Of a stretch of DNA of 64,000 nucleotides, positions 18,101 through 30,695 are shown piece after piece (position 1 is the stretch's first letter; each line of letters starts with the position of its first letter). Source of the DNA: Heterodontus francisci (taxonomy: Eukaryota); the NCBI RefSeq assembly GCF_036365525.1, contig NW_027141363.1, forward strand, positions 1,302,001-1,366,000. The letters run 5' to 3'. Below the pieces are notes generated by a model, which ran no database searches, was not told where the DNA came from, and saw only the letters and a program-made list of their open reading frames with translations. The translations under genes and the position numbers were made by a program.

Positions 18101-21100
18101 CTGGCTGTTAACACACTGCTGCTTGTGGGATCTTGACCTGCACATTTCCTACATGACAAACAATGAGAACACTTTAAAATTCAGCTTCCTGAGGGTCTGA
18201 GTGTGGATTCCTTGGTGTTTTTAACAAGAATTCTCTGAATCTGAGGGTGAAATGAAACATACGGCAGCCATTTTAGCTTGAGTCAGTTCGCAGAGTGGAT
18301 TTCTCTCTCTGAGTGAGAGGAACAGGAGGGAGAGAGACGCAGGAGACTGAGGGAATCAGAAGGGGAGAGGAGGGATTGCTGGCTGTCATCATTTTGCTTC
18401 TTTTGGGATCTTGCTGTGTACAAATAGCCTGCAGAATTTTCCTAAATGACAACAATGAGAACACTTTAAAATTCAGCTTCCTGAGGGTCTGAGTGTGGAT
18501 TCCTGGGTGTTTTTAACAACACTTTTGTGAATCTGAGGGTGAAATGAAACATACGGCAGCCATTTTAGCTTGAGAGTCAGTTCGCAGAGTGGATTTCTCT
18601 CTCTGAGTGAGAGGAACAGGAGGGAGAGAGATGCAGGAGAGTGAGGGTGTCAGAGGGGGAGAGGAGGGATTGCTGGCTGTTATCACACTGCTGCTTGTGG
18701 GATCTTGCTGTGTACAAATAGTTTGCAGAATTTTCCTACATGACAACAATGAGAACACTTTAAAATTCAGCTTCCTGAGGGACTGAGTGTGGATTCCTCA
18801 GTGTTTTTACAAGAATTTTGAGAATCTGAGGGTGAAATTAAACATACGGCAGCCATTTTAGCTTGAGAGTGAGTTCGCAGAGTGGATTTCTCTCTCTGAG
18901 TGAGAGGAAAAGGAGGGAGAGAGATGCAGGAGAGTGAGGGAATCAGAAGGGGAGAGGAGGGATTGCTGGCTGTTATCATTTTGCTTCTTTTGGGATCTTG
19001 CTGTGAACAAATGCCCTGCACAATTTTCCTACATGACAACAATGAGGACACTTTAAAATTCAGCTTCCTGAGGGTCTGAGTGTGGATTCCTTGGAGTTTT
19101 TACAAGAATTTTGTGAATCTGAGGGTGAAATGAAATGTACGGCAGCCATTTTAGCTTGAGAGTCAGTTCGCAGAGTGGATTTCTCTCACTGAGTGAGACA
19201 AAGAAAAGGGAGAGAGATGCAGGAGAGTGAGGGAATCAGAAGGGGAGAGGAGGGATAGCTGGCTGTTATCATTTTGCTTCTTTTGGGATCTTGCTGTGTA
19301 CAAATAGCCTGCACAATTTTCCTACATGACAACAATGAGAACACTTTAAAATTCAGCTTCCTGAGGGTCTGAGTGTGGATTCCTGGGTGTTTTTAAAAGA
19401 ATTCTCTGAATCTGAGGGTGAAATGAAACATACGGCAGCCATTTTAGCTTGAGAGTCAGTTTGCAGAGTGGATTTCTCTCTCTCTCTGAGTGAGAGGAAC
19501 AGGCAGGAGAGTGAGGGAATCAGAGGGAGAGAGGAGGGATAGCTGGCAGTTATCACACTGCTGCTTGTGGGATCTTGCTGTGTACAAATGCCCTGCACAT
19601 TTCCTACATGACAACAATGAGAACACTTTAAAATTCAGCTTCCTGAGGGTCTGAGTGTGGATTCCTTGGAGTTTTTACAAGAATTTTCTGAATCTGAGGG
19701 TGAAATGAAACATCCGGCAGCCATTTTAGCTTGAGAGTCAGTTCGCAGAGTGGATTTCTCGATGAGTGAGAGGAACAGGAGGGAGAGAGATGCAGGAGAG
19801 TGAGGGAATCAGAAGGGGAGAGGAGGGATTGCTGGCTGTTATCACACTGCTGCTTTTGGGATCTTGCTGTGTACAAATGCCCTGAACATTTCCTACATGA
19901 CAACAATGAGAACACTTTAAAATTCAGCTTCCTGAGGGTCTGAGTGTGGATTCCTGGGTGTTTTTAACAACACTTTTGTGAATCTGAGGGTGAAATGAAA
20001 CATACGGCAGCCATTTTAGCTTGAGAGTCAGTTCGCAGAGTGGATTTCTCACTCTGAGTGAGAGGAACAGGAGGGAGAGAGACGCAGGAGAGTGAGGGAA
20101 TCAGAGCGGGAGAGGGGGGATAGCTGGCTGCGATCAGACTGCTGCTTGTGGGATCTTGCTGTGTACAAAAGCCCTGAACATTTCCTTCATGACAACAATG
20201 ACAACACTTTAAAATTTAGCTTCCTGAGGGTCTGAGTGTGGATTCCTTGGTGTTTTTACCAGAATTTTCTGAATCTGAGCGTGAAATGAAACATACGGCA
20301 GCCATTTTAGCTTGAGAGTGAGTTTGCAGAGTGGATTTCTCTCTCTGAGTGAGAGGAACAGGAGGGAGAGAGATGCAGGAGAGTGAGGAAATCAGAGTGG
20401 GAGAGGAGGGATAGCTGGCTGTTATCACACTGCTGCTTTTGGGATCTTGCTGTGTACAAATGCCCTGCACAATTTCCTACATGACAACAATGAGAACACT
20501 TTAAAATTCAGCTTCCTGAGGGTCTGAGTGTGGATTCCTTGGTGTTTTTCACAACAAATTTGTAAATCTGAGGGTGAAATGAAACATACGGCAGCCATTT
20601 TAGCTTGAGAGTGAGTTTGCAGAGTGGATTTCTCCCTCTCAGTGTGAGGAACAGGAGGGAGAGTGATGCAGGAGAGTGAGGGAATCAGAAGGGGAGAGGA
20701 GGGATTGCTGGCTGTTATCATTTTGCTTCTTTTGGGATCTTGCTGTGTACAAATAGCCTGCACAGTTTCCCTACATGACAACAATGAGGACACTTTAAAA
20801 TTCAGCTTCCTGAGGGTCTGAGTGTGGATTCCTTGGTGTTTTTAACAACAAATTTGTAAATCTGAGGGTGAAATGAAACATACGGCAGCCATTTTAGCTT
20901 GAGAGTCAGTTCGCAGAGTGGATTTCTCTCTCTGAGTGAGAGGAACAGGAGGGAGAGAGACGCAGGAGACTGAGGGAATCAGAAGGGGAGAGGAGGGATT
21001 GCTGGCTGTTATCATTTTGCTTCTTTTGGGATCTTGCTGTGTACAAATAGCCTGCAGAATTTTCCTAAATGACAACAATGAGAACACTTTAAAATTCTGC

Positions 21101-23922
21101 TTCCTGAGGGTCTGAGTGTGGATTCCTGGGTGTTTTTAACAAGAATTCTCTGAATCTGAGGGTGAAATGAAACATACGGCAGCCATTTTAGCTTGAGAGT
21201 CAGTTCGCAGAGTGGATTTCTCGCCCTCTCTGAGTGAGACGGACAGGCAGGAGAGTGAGGGAATCAGAGGGGGAGAGGAGGGATAGCTGCCTGTTATCAC
21301 ACTGCTGCTTTTGGGATCTTGCTGTGTACAAATGCCCTGAACATTTCCTACATGACAACAATGAGAACACTTTAACATTCAGCTTCCTGAGGGTTTGAGT
21401 GTGGATTCCTCAGTGTTTTTATCAAGAATTTGGTAAATCTGAGGGTGACATGAAACATCCGGCAGCCATTTTAGCTTGAGAGTCAGTTCGCAGAGTGGAT
21501 TTCTCTCCCTCTCTGAGTGAGATGAACAGGAGGGAGAGAGACGCAGGAGAGTGAGGGAATCAGAAGGGGAGAGGAGGGATTGCTGGCTGTTATCATTTTA
21601 CTTCTTTTGGGATCTTGCTGTGTACAAATAGCCTGAACAAATTTCCTACATGACAACAATGAGAACACTTTAAAATTCAGCTTCCTGAGGGTCTGAGTGT
21701 GGATTCCTTGGTGTTTTTAACAACAATATTGTAAATCTGAGGGTGAAATGAAACATACGGCAGCCATTTTAGCTTGAGAGTCAGTTCGCAGAGTGGATTT
21801 CTCTCTCTGAGTGAGAGGAACAGGAGGGAGAGAGACGCAGGAGAGTGAGGGAATCAGAGTGGAAGAGGAGGGATAGCTGGCTGTTATCACACTGCTGCTT
21901 TTGGGATCTTGCTGTGCACAAATCTCCTGTTGCATTTCCTACATGACAACAATGAGAACACTTTAAAATTCAGCTTCCTGAGGGTCTGAGTGTGGATTCC
22001 TTGGTGTTTTTAACAACAATTTTGTCAATCTGAGGGTGAAATGAAACATACGGCAGCCATTTTAGCTTGAGAGTGTGTTCGCAGAGTGGATTTCTCCCTC
22101 TCAGTGTGAGGAACAGGAGGGAGAGAGACGCAGGAGAGTGAGGGAATCAGAGTGGAAGAGGAGGGATAGCTGGCTGTTAACACACTGCTGCTTTTGGGAT
22201 CTTGCTGTGTACAAATGCCCTGCACAATTTCCCTACATGACAACAATGAGAACACTTTAAAATTCTGCTTCCTGAGGGTCTGAGTGTGGATTCCTGGGTG
22301 TTTTTAACAAGAATTCTCTGAATCTGAGGGTGAAATGAAACATACGGCAGCCATTTTAGCTTGAGAGTGTGTTCGCAGAGTGGATTTCTCTCTCTGAGTG
22401 AGAGGAACAGGAGGGAGAGAGACGCAGGAGACTGAGGGAATCAGAAGGGGAGAGGAGGGATTGCTGGCTGTCATCATTTTGCTGCTTTTGGGATCTTGCT
22501 GTGTACAAATAGTTTGCAGAATTTTCCTAAATGACAACAATGAGAACACTTTAAAATTCATCTTCCTGAGGGTCTGAGTGTGGATTCCTGGGTGTTTTTA
22601 ACAAGAATTCTCTGAATCTGAGGGTGAAATGAAACATACGGCAGCCATTTTAGCTTGAGAGTCAGTTCGCAGAGTGGATTTCTCGCCCTCTCTGAGTGAG
22701 ACGGACAGGCAGGAGAGTGAGGGAATCAGAGGGGGAGAGGAGGGATAGCTGCCTGTTATCACACTGCTGCTTTTGGGATCTTGCTGTGTACAAATGCCCT
22801 GAACATTTCCTACATGACAACAATGAGAACACTTTAACATTCAGCTTCCTGAGGGTTTGAGTGTGGATTCCTCAGTGTTTTTATCAAGAATTTGGTAAAT
22901 CTGAGGGTGACATGAAACATCCGGCAGCCATTTTAGCTTGAGAGTCAGTTCGCAGAGTGGATTTCTCTCTCTGAGTGAGAGGAACAGGAGGGAGAGAGAT
23001 GCAGGAGAGTGAGGGTGTCAGAGGGGGAGAGGAGGGATTGCTGGCTGTTACCACACTGCTGCTTGTGGGATCTTGCTGTGTACAAATAGTTTGCAGAATT
23101 TTCCTACATGACAACAATGAGAACACTTTAAAATTCAGCTTCCTGAGGGTCTGAGTGTGGATTCCTCAGTGTTTTTACAAGAATTTTGAGAATCTGAGGG
23201 TGAAATTAAACATACGGCAGCCATTTTAGCTTGAGAGTCAGTTCGCAGAGTGGATTTCTCTCCCTCTCTGAGTGAGAGGAACAGGAGAGTGAGGGAATCA
23301 GAGAGGGAGAGGAGGGATAGCTGGCTGTTATCACACTGCTGCTTGTGGGATCTTGCCCTGCAAATTTCCTACATGACAACAATGAGAACACTTTAAAATT
23401 CAGCTTCCTGAGGGTCTGAGTGTGGATTCCTGGGTGTTTTAACAAGAATTTTGTGAATCTGAGGGTGAAATGAAACATACGGCAGCCATTTTAGCTTGAG
23501 AGTCAGTTCGCAGCGTGGATTTCTCTCACTGAGTGAGAGGAACAGGAGGGAGAGTGACGCAGGAGAGTGAGAGAATCAGAGGGGAAGAGGAGGGATAGCA
23601 GGCTGTTATCACACTGCTTCTTTTGGGATCTTGCTGTGTACAAATGCCCTGCACATTTCCTACATGACAACAATGAGAACACTTTAAAATTCAGCTTCCT
23701 GAGGGTCTGAGTGCGGATTCCTTGGTGTTTTTACAAGAATTTTATGAATCTGAGGGTGAAATGAAACATACGGCAGCCATTTTAGCTTTAGAGTCAGTTC
23801 GCAGAGTGGATTTCTCTCTCTGAGCGAGAGGAACAGGAGGGAGAGAGACGCAGGAGAGTGAGGGTGTCAGAGGGGGAGAGGAGGGATAGCTGGCTGTTAT
23901 CACACTGCTGCTTGTGGGATCT
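15125..23922 (+). repeat. ~290-bp satellite, ~30 diverged monomers, each with a DeuSINE-like segment and GGCAGCCATTTT
   Basis: Anchor CTTCCTGAGGG recurs every ~265-298 bp from ~15316 to ~23692 (30 counted); monomers differ in modular blocks. Confidence 0.97.
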
Positions 23923-25414
23923 TTAATAGTCAAAATACACACACACAGGAGTGCAATTTGTTGTACTTTTAAATGGTGAGACAGAAATATTTCATAGCTA
24001 TTTTCAGTTAACATCACATATGAGATAGAAGGACAAAAACAGATATGGACAGAGAGAGAGAGAGACAGGAGAGAGAGAGAGATACAGAGCCAGACACACA
24101 CTGGTGGAGGGAACTGTCTGAACCCTTTTAGTCTCTGGTTTATTAGCTGTGATTTGTTTGTATTTGCGTGCTGCTGAGAGAGTGTCTGTGTAACCAAAGT
24201 CAATTCCTGGGTTCTTGCTGTGATATTTTCTTTAACAATGCCTTTTAATCAATTTTCTCTCTCTCTCGCCTTAGGAATTTTCACTCACACACACAGATTT
24301 TACATTCCATACTGATGTTAGTAAAACTGGCCAACAGAAGCTCAGTAACAATCCCCAGTGTCTGCCCAGTCCTGAGAGAGAGATATAGGGAGTGACAGAG
24401 AGAGAGAGACAGTGGAAGAGGGAATACAAAACAGCTTGTAGGAGAAACTTGACATTTATTTGTGTTCCACAGATTTTATTAAAAAGTTGCAAGGGACTAG
24501 ACACTGCAAAAGCTGTCAGTGCACAACAACACGAAGAAGCCTGAGAGACTTGAGAAGGGGGAGAAGGGGGGGGAGAAACTTTAAAATCCACACTGATGTC
24601 AGTTAAAAATCCCCAAACACAACCTCAGTATTAATCCCCATTATCTGCTCAGTCCTGTCTTGTGGGGTTTAGTGTCAAGGTTTTTAGTGGGTGAGAGTGT
24701 TGGATCAGTCTTTCCAATTTTCAAACAGCAAGGAAAGAGTTAAAGGTTTTAAAGTGAACTAAGAGATAGCTGAAAGCAATTGCTGTGCTGGGATTAACAT
24801 ATGAAAGGACTGGAAGAGTCAGGAAGGTTCTGTCCTGGGATTAACATATCAATGGACAGGCTCTAGCAGGCAGAGAGATTGAGAGACAGCCCAGCAGTCT
24901 GTTTCAGTGTGAGGTGAGGGGGAGATCTCTCTCTCTCTCTCTCTGTCTTCATCTGCTTTATAAACTGTGATTTGATTCAGTTTGAATATTGCTGATGTCT
25001 CTGGAACTGAGAGAGGAAACCCTGGGCTCTTGCTGTGCGAATTCGTTTTAAAATGTCCTCGCTTTGGATTTAAAATGCAATGTGTTTTTTTTATTTTTGT
25101 TTCTCTCTCTTTCCTTCTTTGCCTGGAGGAATTTTCATGGTGAAAACTGCATGGTGAAGGTGGAAAGAGGGAAAGTTTGGCGATGAGCAATCCCTTGGAC
25201 AGGACCTTCCTGCAGAGGGGACAGAGTGAGGCCTTGTCCACAGGCTGCAGCCCAGTGGCTCCACGTGAGTTGTGTCGCTTTGTATCAGCGGCCCAGTTTT
25301 CATTTTCCTCTCTGGGGCAGCGAGGAAATGAAACCTGGGCAAAGGTGAAGGTGTCTAAAGGCTTGTTTCAATTGCCCCAATAAAGCTGCTGTTTGTGGGC
25401 AGTGCCTTGAACCG

Positions 25415-25705
25415 GAGGCTGAAATGAAACGTTCAGCAGTCATTTTAACCTGACAGTGAGTTGGGAGAGTGGATTTCTCTCTCTCTCTCTGAGTGGAGTG
25501 AGTGAGTGAGTGAGTGAGTGAGAGAGAGGCAGGAGAGTGAGAGAAACATGGATGGAATCAGAGGAGTGGAGGGAGGGAGTGAGTGAGGGAGGAAGGGAGG
25601 GGGGTAGCTGCCTGTTATCACACTGCTGCTTGTGGCATGTTACTGTTCACAAACAGCCTGCAGCTTTTCTAACATTGTAATAGTGACAAGCACTTTAAAA
25701 AATTA
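25415..25705 (+). repeat. Solitary, strongly diverged monomer of the ~290-bp satellite (also at 45680-45970)
   Basis: TGAAATGAAAC..CAGTCATTTTA..GAGAGTGGATTTCTCTC..TAGCTGCCTGTTATCACACTGCTGCTTGTGG..CACTTTAAAA. Confidence 0.8.
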
Positions 25706-25709
25706 AAAG

Positions 25710-25845
25710 ATTCAACAACAACCTCAGCAGGATAAACAGCAACAAATGCAAGAACAACTTCAACAGGGAAAACAGCAACAAAGTCAACAACAACTTCAGC
25801 AGGAGAAAAAAACAACAAATTCAACAACAACTTCAGCAGGATCTG
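25710..25845 (+). repeat. CAA-rich short tandem repeat (CAACAACTTCAGCAGGA-like); also at 45975-46110
   Basis: About four degenerate copies; source of the Gln-rich ORF. Confidence 0.7.
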
Positions 25846-25849
25846 CACG

Positions 25850-25930
25850 TTGTCTGTTCGTGGGATCTTGCCTTGTAGAAACTGGCTGCCACACTTGCTG
25901 CATTACAGCAGTGGCTGTACTTCGAAACAG
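25850..25930 (+). mobile_element. DeuSINE-like fragment (also at 46115-46195)
   Basis: CTGTTCGTGGGATCTTGCC..AAACTGGCTGCCACA..TGCATTACAGCAGTGGCTGTACTTCGAAA matches the recalled Deu-domain 3' part. Confidence 0.55.
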
Positions 25931-27223
25931 TCGCAAAGAATATGGGAATAGCAAAACATATGAGATTAGCAAAACTGTGAGATCTTGGGCTTCATAAATA
26001 GAGGCACTGCCTACAAAATATGGGAAGTTATGCTGAATCTTTATAAAGCTCTAGTTAGGCCCCAACTGGAGTATTGAGTCCAGTTCTGGTCACCACACTT
26101 GAGGAAGGATGTAGTGTCCTTGCGAGGGTGCAGAGGAGATTTACTGGAATGGTTCCAGGGATGAGAGATTTTAGCGACATGGTTAGGTTGTTGAAGCTGT
26201 GGTTTGTTCTCCTTGGAGCAAAGGAAATTGAGGGCAGATTTGGTAGAAGTGTACAAAATGAAGAGATGTTTAGGTAAAGTAGACAAAAGAAAAGCTGTTC
26301 CCATGAGCTGATGGTACAAGGACGAGGGGACACTGGTTCTTGTGCCCATGATCTCAAATCTGTGCCCCTCTGGTTACCGACCCACCTGTCACTGCAAACA
26401 GTGTCTCATTACTTACTCTATCAAAACCCCTCATGGTTCTGAACACCTCTATTGAATCTCCTCTTCACCTTCTCTGGAAAGAGGAAGACAGTCCTAACTC
26501 TTCCAAACTCTCCAAATAATCTACACCTCCACACATTGCACCCTTCAGGAGATTCCCGAACCTCTGGAATTGTTTGCACATTGCAAGTCATTGCTGTACA
26601 TTCAATATTCTTCACAACTAAGGAGGAACAATGTGCTTTGCATTGAGAAACAAGAGGTTCTATTGGACGGTCATGCAGTGAAAGTATCTCCACACTGCAA
26701 CACCAGAGAAGGCGCAGAGGGGAGGAGAGAGAGGGCTACAGAGTGTGACAAGGGGGCTGAGATAGGAGGCTTCAAATTCCCACATCATGCTGTGTACTGT
26801 TTACCTACACCTGCTGTTTCTGCTGCTCCCAGGTTACTGCTCCTACTTGGAGGGAAATTCAGGCCCCAGTTAATCAGCTTTGAGACACAATTCCTGCTGA
26901 TATCGAAGGGCTCCAATCAGTTAGAGATTTACTGGTTTGGTTTTGCTGTTGAGGACAAGTGTCGCTATTTAGCGCCACTGCAGTTATGCCCAGCGATTCT
27001 GGGAATCAGCACATGACCCCTGTGCTGGGGCATCATGCGGCTGATCGGCTATGGTGTGCATCGTGAGCTTTACCATTAAATCTGTTTTCTGACTTTTCTT
27101 CCCCTCTTTACTTCCTTCAGATCATCTGTTTTAGTATATCACAAGTGTTGCTCAAACCAGTCACTATGAACGAACAGACTTGGGGAAATCCAGTTGTCTA
27201 TTTTGTGTGGAATGGTTATGATT

Positions 27224-28203
27224 TGAAAGTGGGAAATAATGTCCACAGACTAAGTTTGAAAGGGGAAATCATTAACCAGTAAACAGAGGAATCATTAAGC
27301 AAAAAACACAAAAAAAAAGTTGGAAGTGGGAAATCATTAACCAGAAAGTGGAAAATAATGTCCAGAGACTCAGTGTGAAAGGGGAAATCATTAACCAAAA
27401 AACACAAAAAAAGTTCCGAGTGGGAAATCATTAACCAGAAAGTGGAAAAGTATGTCCAGAGACTAAGTGTGAAAGGGGAAATCATTAACCAAAAAACACA
27501 AAAAAAGTTCCGAGTGGGAAATCATTAACCAAAAAACACAAAAGAAGATCCGAGTGGGAAATCATTAACCAGAAAGTGGGAAATAATGTCCAGAGACTCA
27601 GTGTGAAAGGGGAAATCATTAACCAAAAAACACAAAAAAAGTTCCGAGTGGGAAATCATTAACCAAAAAACACAAAAGAAGATCCGAGTGGGAAATCATT
27701 AACCAGAAAGTGGAAAATAATGTCCAGAGACTAAGTGTGAAAGGGGAAATCATTAACCAGTAAACAGAGGAATCATTAAGCAAAAAACACAAAAAAAAAG
27801 TTGGAAGTGGGAAATCATTAACCAGAAAGTGGGAAATAATGTCCAGAGACTAAGTGTGAAAGGGGAAATCATTAACCAAAAAACACAAAAAAAGTTCCGA
27901 GTGGGAAATCATTAACCAAAAAACACAAAAGAAGATCCGAGTGGGAAATCATTAACCAGAAAGTGGAAAATAATGTCCAGAGACTAAGTCCGAAAGGGCA
28001 AATGGTTAACCAGAAAATCCGTCCAATAATGTCCAGAGACCTCAGTGTGAAAGGGGAAATAATGAAGCAAATCAACCTTCCCCGGGCTGCCTATTAAAAG
28101 CGGCAAAACTCATTGGAAAGAACCGCAGTCAGAAGTTGAAGTGACAACTCATTAACCAAAAAAAAAAAAGAAGAGAGTTGGAAGTGGGAAATCATTAACC
28201 AAA
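27224..28203 (+). repeat. GGAAATCATTAACC-core tandem repeat, long version (unit 2)
   Basis: About 17-20 core motifs in mixed ~35-50 bp subunits. Confidence 0.9.
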
Positions 28204-29007
28204 ATGCAAATGCAGAAACTGGTTAATGATTTGTCCACATTTTACAATTGGTTTATGAGTTGTCACTACAACTTTTCACTGCGGTTGGTTACAATGAGTC
28301 TTGCCGGGCTTAATAGTCGGCGTTCGGGGCGTTTTTGCCGAGGAGGCCGTGTTTCCATGCACCTTTCCCGGCATGTTTTTGCAAGGTTGGGTCGGTGGTT
28401 CATTGATGGGTGTCCGGGTGTCCGGCCAGGGTCTGAGAGCCCATCCTGGGGAGGGTTGAGGCGGGGGAGAGGGAGAAGGAGAAGGAGAGCCTCCCCTCTT
28501 CCTCGGTACCTGTGTCTATGTGAGGACAGGGGCATCCGCCGCTGCTCGATCCAGGCCGGTCGGACGATCGGGATCCGCCCGGGGAGGGACTTTCAAATCT
28601 ATCGGGTCGGACCACCAAATCCTGCGGGGATTCGGGATCCAATTCGCGGGTACGATCGGCACCTCGTCCCGCTGTCCGGTTCCCCCATTGACTACAATGG
28701 GTTTCATGGAGCCTGAGCTCAGACTCGGTTTTCTCCGCTATCTCGGACCTTCGGGATCCGCCCGGGAGGGACTTTGAAATCTATCGGGTCGGACCACCAA
28801 ATCCTGCGGGGATTCGGGATCCAATTCGCGGGTACGATCGGCACCTCGTCCCGCTGACTACAACGGGAGTTAATATTTGTGTTTGAAATGATGGGTGAAT
28901 CTGATAACAATTCTCTCTCCCCAGAAATGAAGTAAGATTGAGGGACTGGAGTAAAGGTCAGTAATAGTGCAATGTATTTTCCATGACTTAGTGACAAACT
29001 CTGTGAT

Positions 29008-30220
29008 TTTAAAGTTTACTCATTCACACCTGTGTGGTTTTAAAGTTTACTCATTCACACCGGTGTGTTTAAAGTTTACTCATTCACACCGGTGTGTTTA
29101 AAGTTTACTCATTCACACCGCTGTGTTTAAAGTTTACTCATTCACACCGGTGTGTTCAAAGTTTACTCATTCGCACCGCTGTGTTCAAAGTTTACTCATT
29201 CGCACCGCTGTGTTCAAAGTTTACTCATTCGCACCGCTGTGTTCAAAGTTTACTCATTCGCACCGCTGTGTTCAAAGTTTACTCATTCGCACCGCTGTGT
29301 TCAAAGTTTACTCATTCGCACCGGTGTGTTCAAAGTTTACTCATTCTCACCAGTGTGTTCAAAGTTTACTCATTCACACCGGTGTGTTCAAAGTTTACTC
29401 ATTCTCACCGGTGTGTTCAAAGTTTACTCATTCTCACCAGTGTGTTCAAAGTTTACTCATTCACACCGCTGTGTTCAAAGTTTACTCATTCGCACCGGTG
29501 TGTTCAAAGTTTACTCATTCTCACCAGTGTGTTCAAAGTTTACTCATTCACACCGCTGTGTTCAAAGTTTACTCATTCACACCGCTGTGTTCAAAGTTTA
29601 CTCATTCACACCGCTGTGTTCAAAGTTTACTCATTCACACCGCTGTGTTCAAAGTTTACTCATTCACACCGCTGTGTTCAAAGTTTACTCATTCACACCG
29701 CTGTGTTCAAAGTTTACTCATTCACACCGCTGTGTTCAAAGTTTACTCATTCACACCGCTGTGTTCAAAGTTTACTCATTCGCACCGCTGTGTTCAAAGT
29801 TTACTCATTCGCACCGGTGTGTTCAAAGTTTACTCATTCTCACCAGTGTGTTCAAAGTTTACTCATTCACACCGGTGTGTTCAAAGTTTACTCATTCTCA
29901 CCGGTGTGTTCAAAGTTTACTCATTCTCACCAGTGTGTTCAAAGTTTACTCATTCGCACCGGTGTGTTCAAAGTTTACTCATTCTCACCAGTGTGTTCAA
30001 AGTTTACTCATTCACACCGCTGTGTTCAAAGTTTACTCATTCACACCGCTGTGTTCAAAGTTTACTCATTCACACCGCTGTGTTCAAAGTTTACTCATTC
30101 ACACCGCTGTGTTCAAAGTTTACTCATTCACACCGCTGTGTTCAAAGTTTACTCATTCACACCGCTGTGTTCAAAGTTTACTCATTCACACCGCTGTGTT
30201 CAAAGTTTACTCATTCACAC
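29008..30220 (+). repeat. 29-bp minisatellite (unit 2, ~42 copies)
   Basis: As in unit 1, with a different variant order near 29950. Confidence 0.98.
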
Positions 30221-30695
30221 TCCTCTTGCCCTGTGACGACCGCTGATAGTTTTTCCTGCCGGATTGTCGACTGAACTTTCCTTTATTGGCTTATGTACAG
30301 AATATAAGAGCAGAGAGGTTATGCTCGAACTGTAGAAAGCTCTAGTTTGACCACGACATATAGGAGGAAAGATTGGAACAGGCTGGAATTGTTTTCTTTG
30401 GAACTGAGGCGAGATTTAATTGAAGTGTATAAAATGACGATGGGCTGAGATAGAGTGGATAGATAGGAAGGACCCATTTCCCTTCGCAGACAATTCAAGT
30501 AATTGGAAGAGAGATGAGGGCTAATTTTTTCACCCAGGTAGGGAACTGGAATTCACAGACTGAAAGGGTGGTAGAAACCCTCATCGCGTATAAAAAAACA
30601 CTCGGAAGGAATCATTTCTCCACGTCTACCCTGTCCCGTCGAACACTCTCGAAGAACGTACCGCACGGTTTAGAAACCGAGTAAAGCTCCGTTTA

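Larger units (their letters stand above)
6418..26040 (+). repeat. Macrosatellite unit 1 (~19.6 kb, edge copy)
   Basis: Co-linear with unit 2: offset 19,623 before the 7.6-kb array and 20,265-20,266 after it; the ORF track repeats at these offsets. Confidence 0.97.

Noticed and set aside
15125-23922. Tandem miRNA (miR-430/427-like) or C/D snoRNA cluster
   Set aside because: Only a short GATTC...GAATC stem (~35-40 nt) is visible, the AAAGTG segment reads AAAGTGTT rather than the AAGTGCT seed, and no RTGATGA C box was found. An Infernal search or small-RNA data would be the definitive test.
15024-24203. Family of 60-120-aa minus-strand ORFs, one per satellite monomer
   Set aside because: Starts, stops and frames vary between monomers, most starts are non-ATG, and part of the sequence is SINE-like; no sign of coding constraint.
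25746-25997. Gln-rich 83-aa ORF
   Set aside because: Made of a CAA-rich tandem repeat, a SINE fragment and the start of a CR1 fragment.
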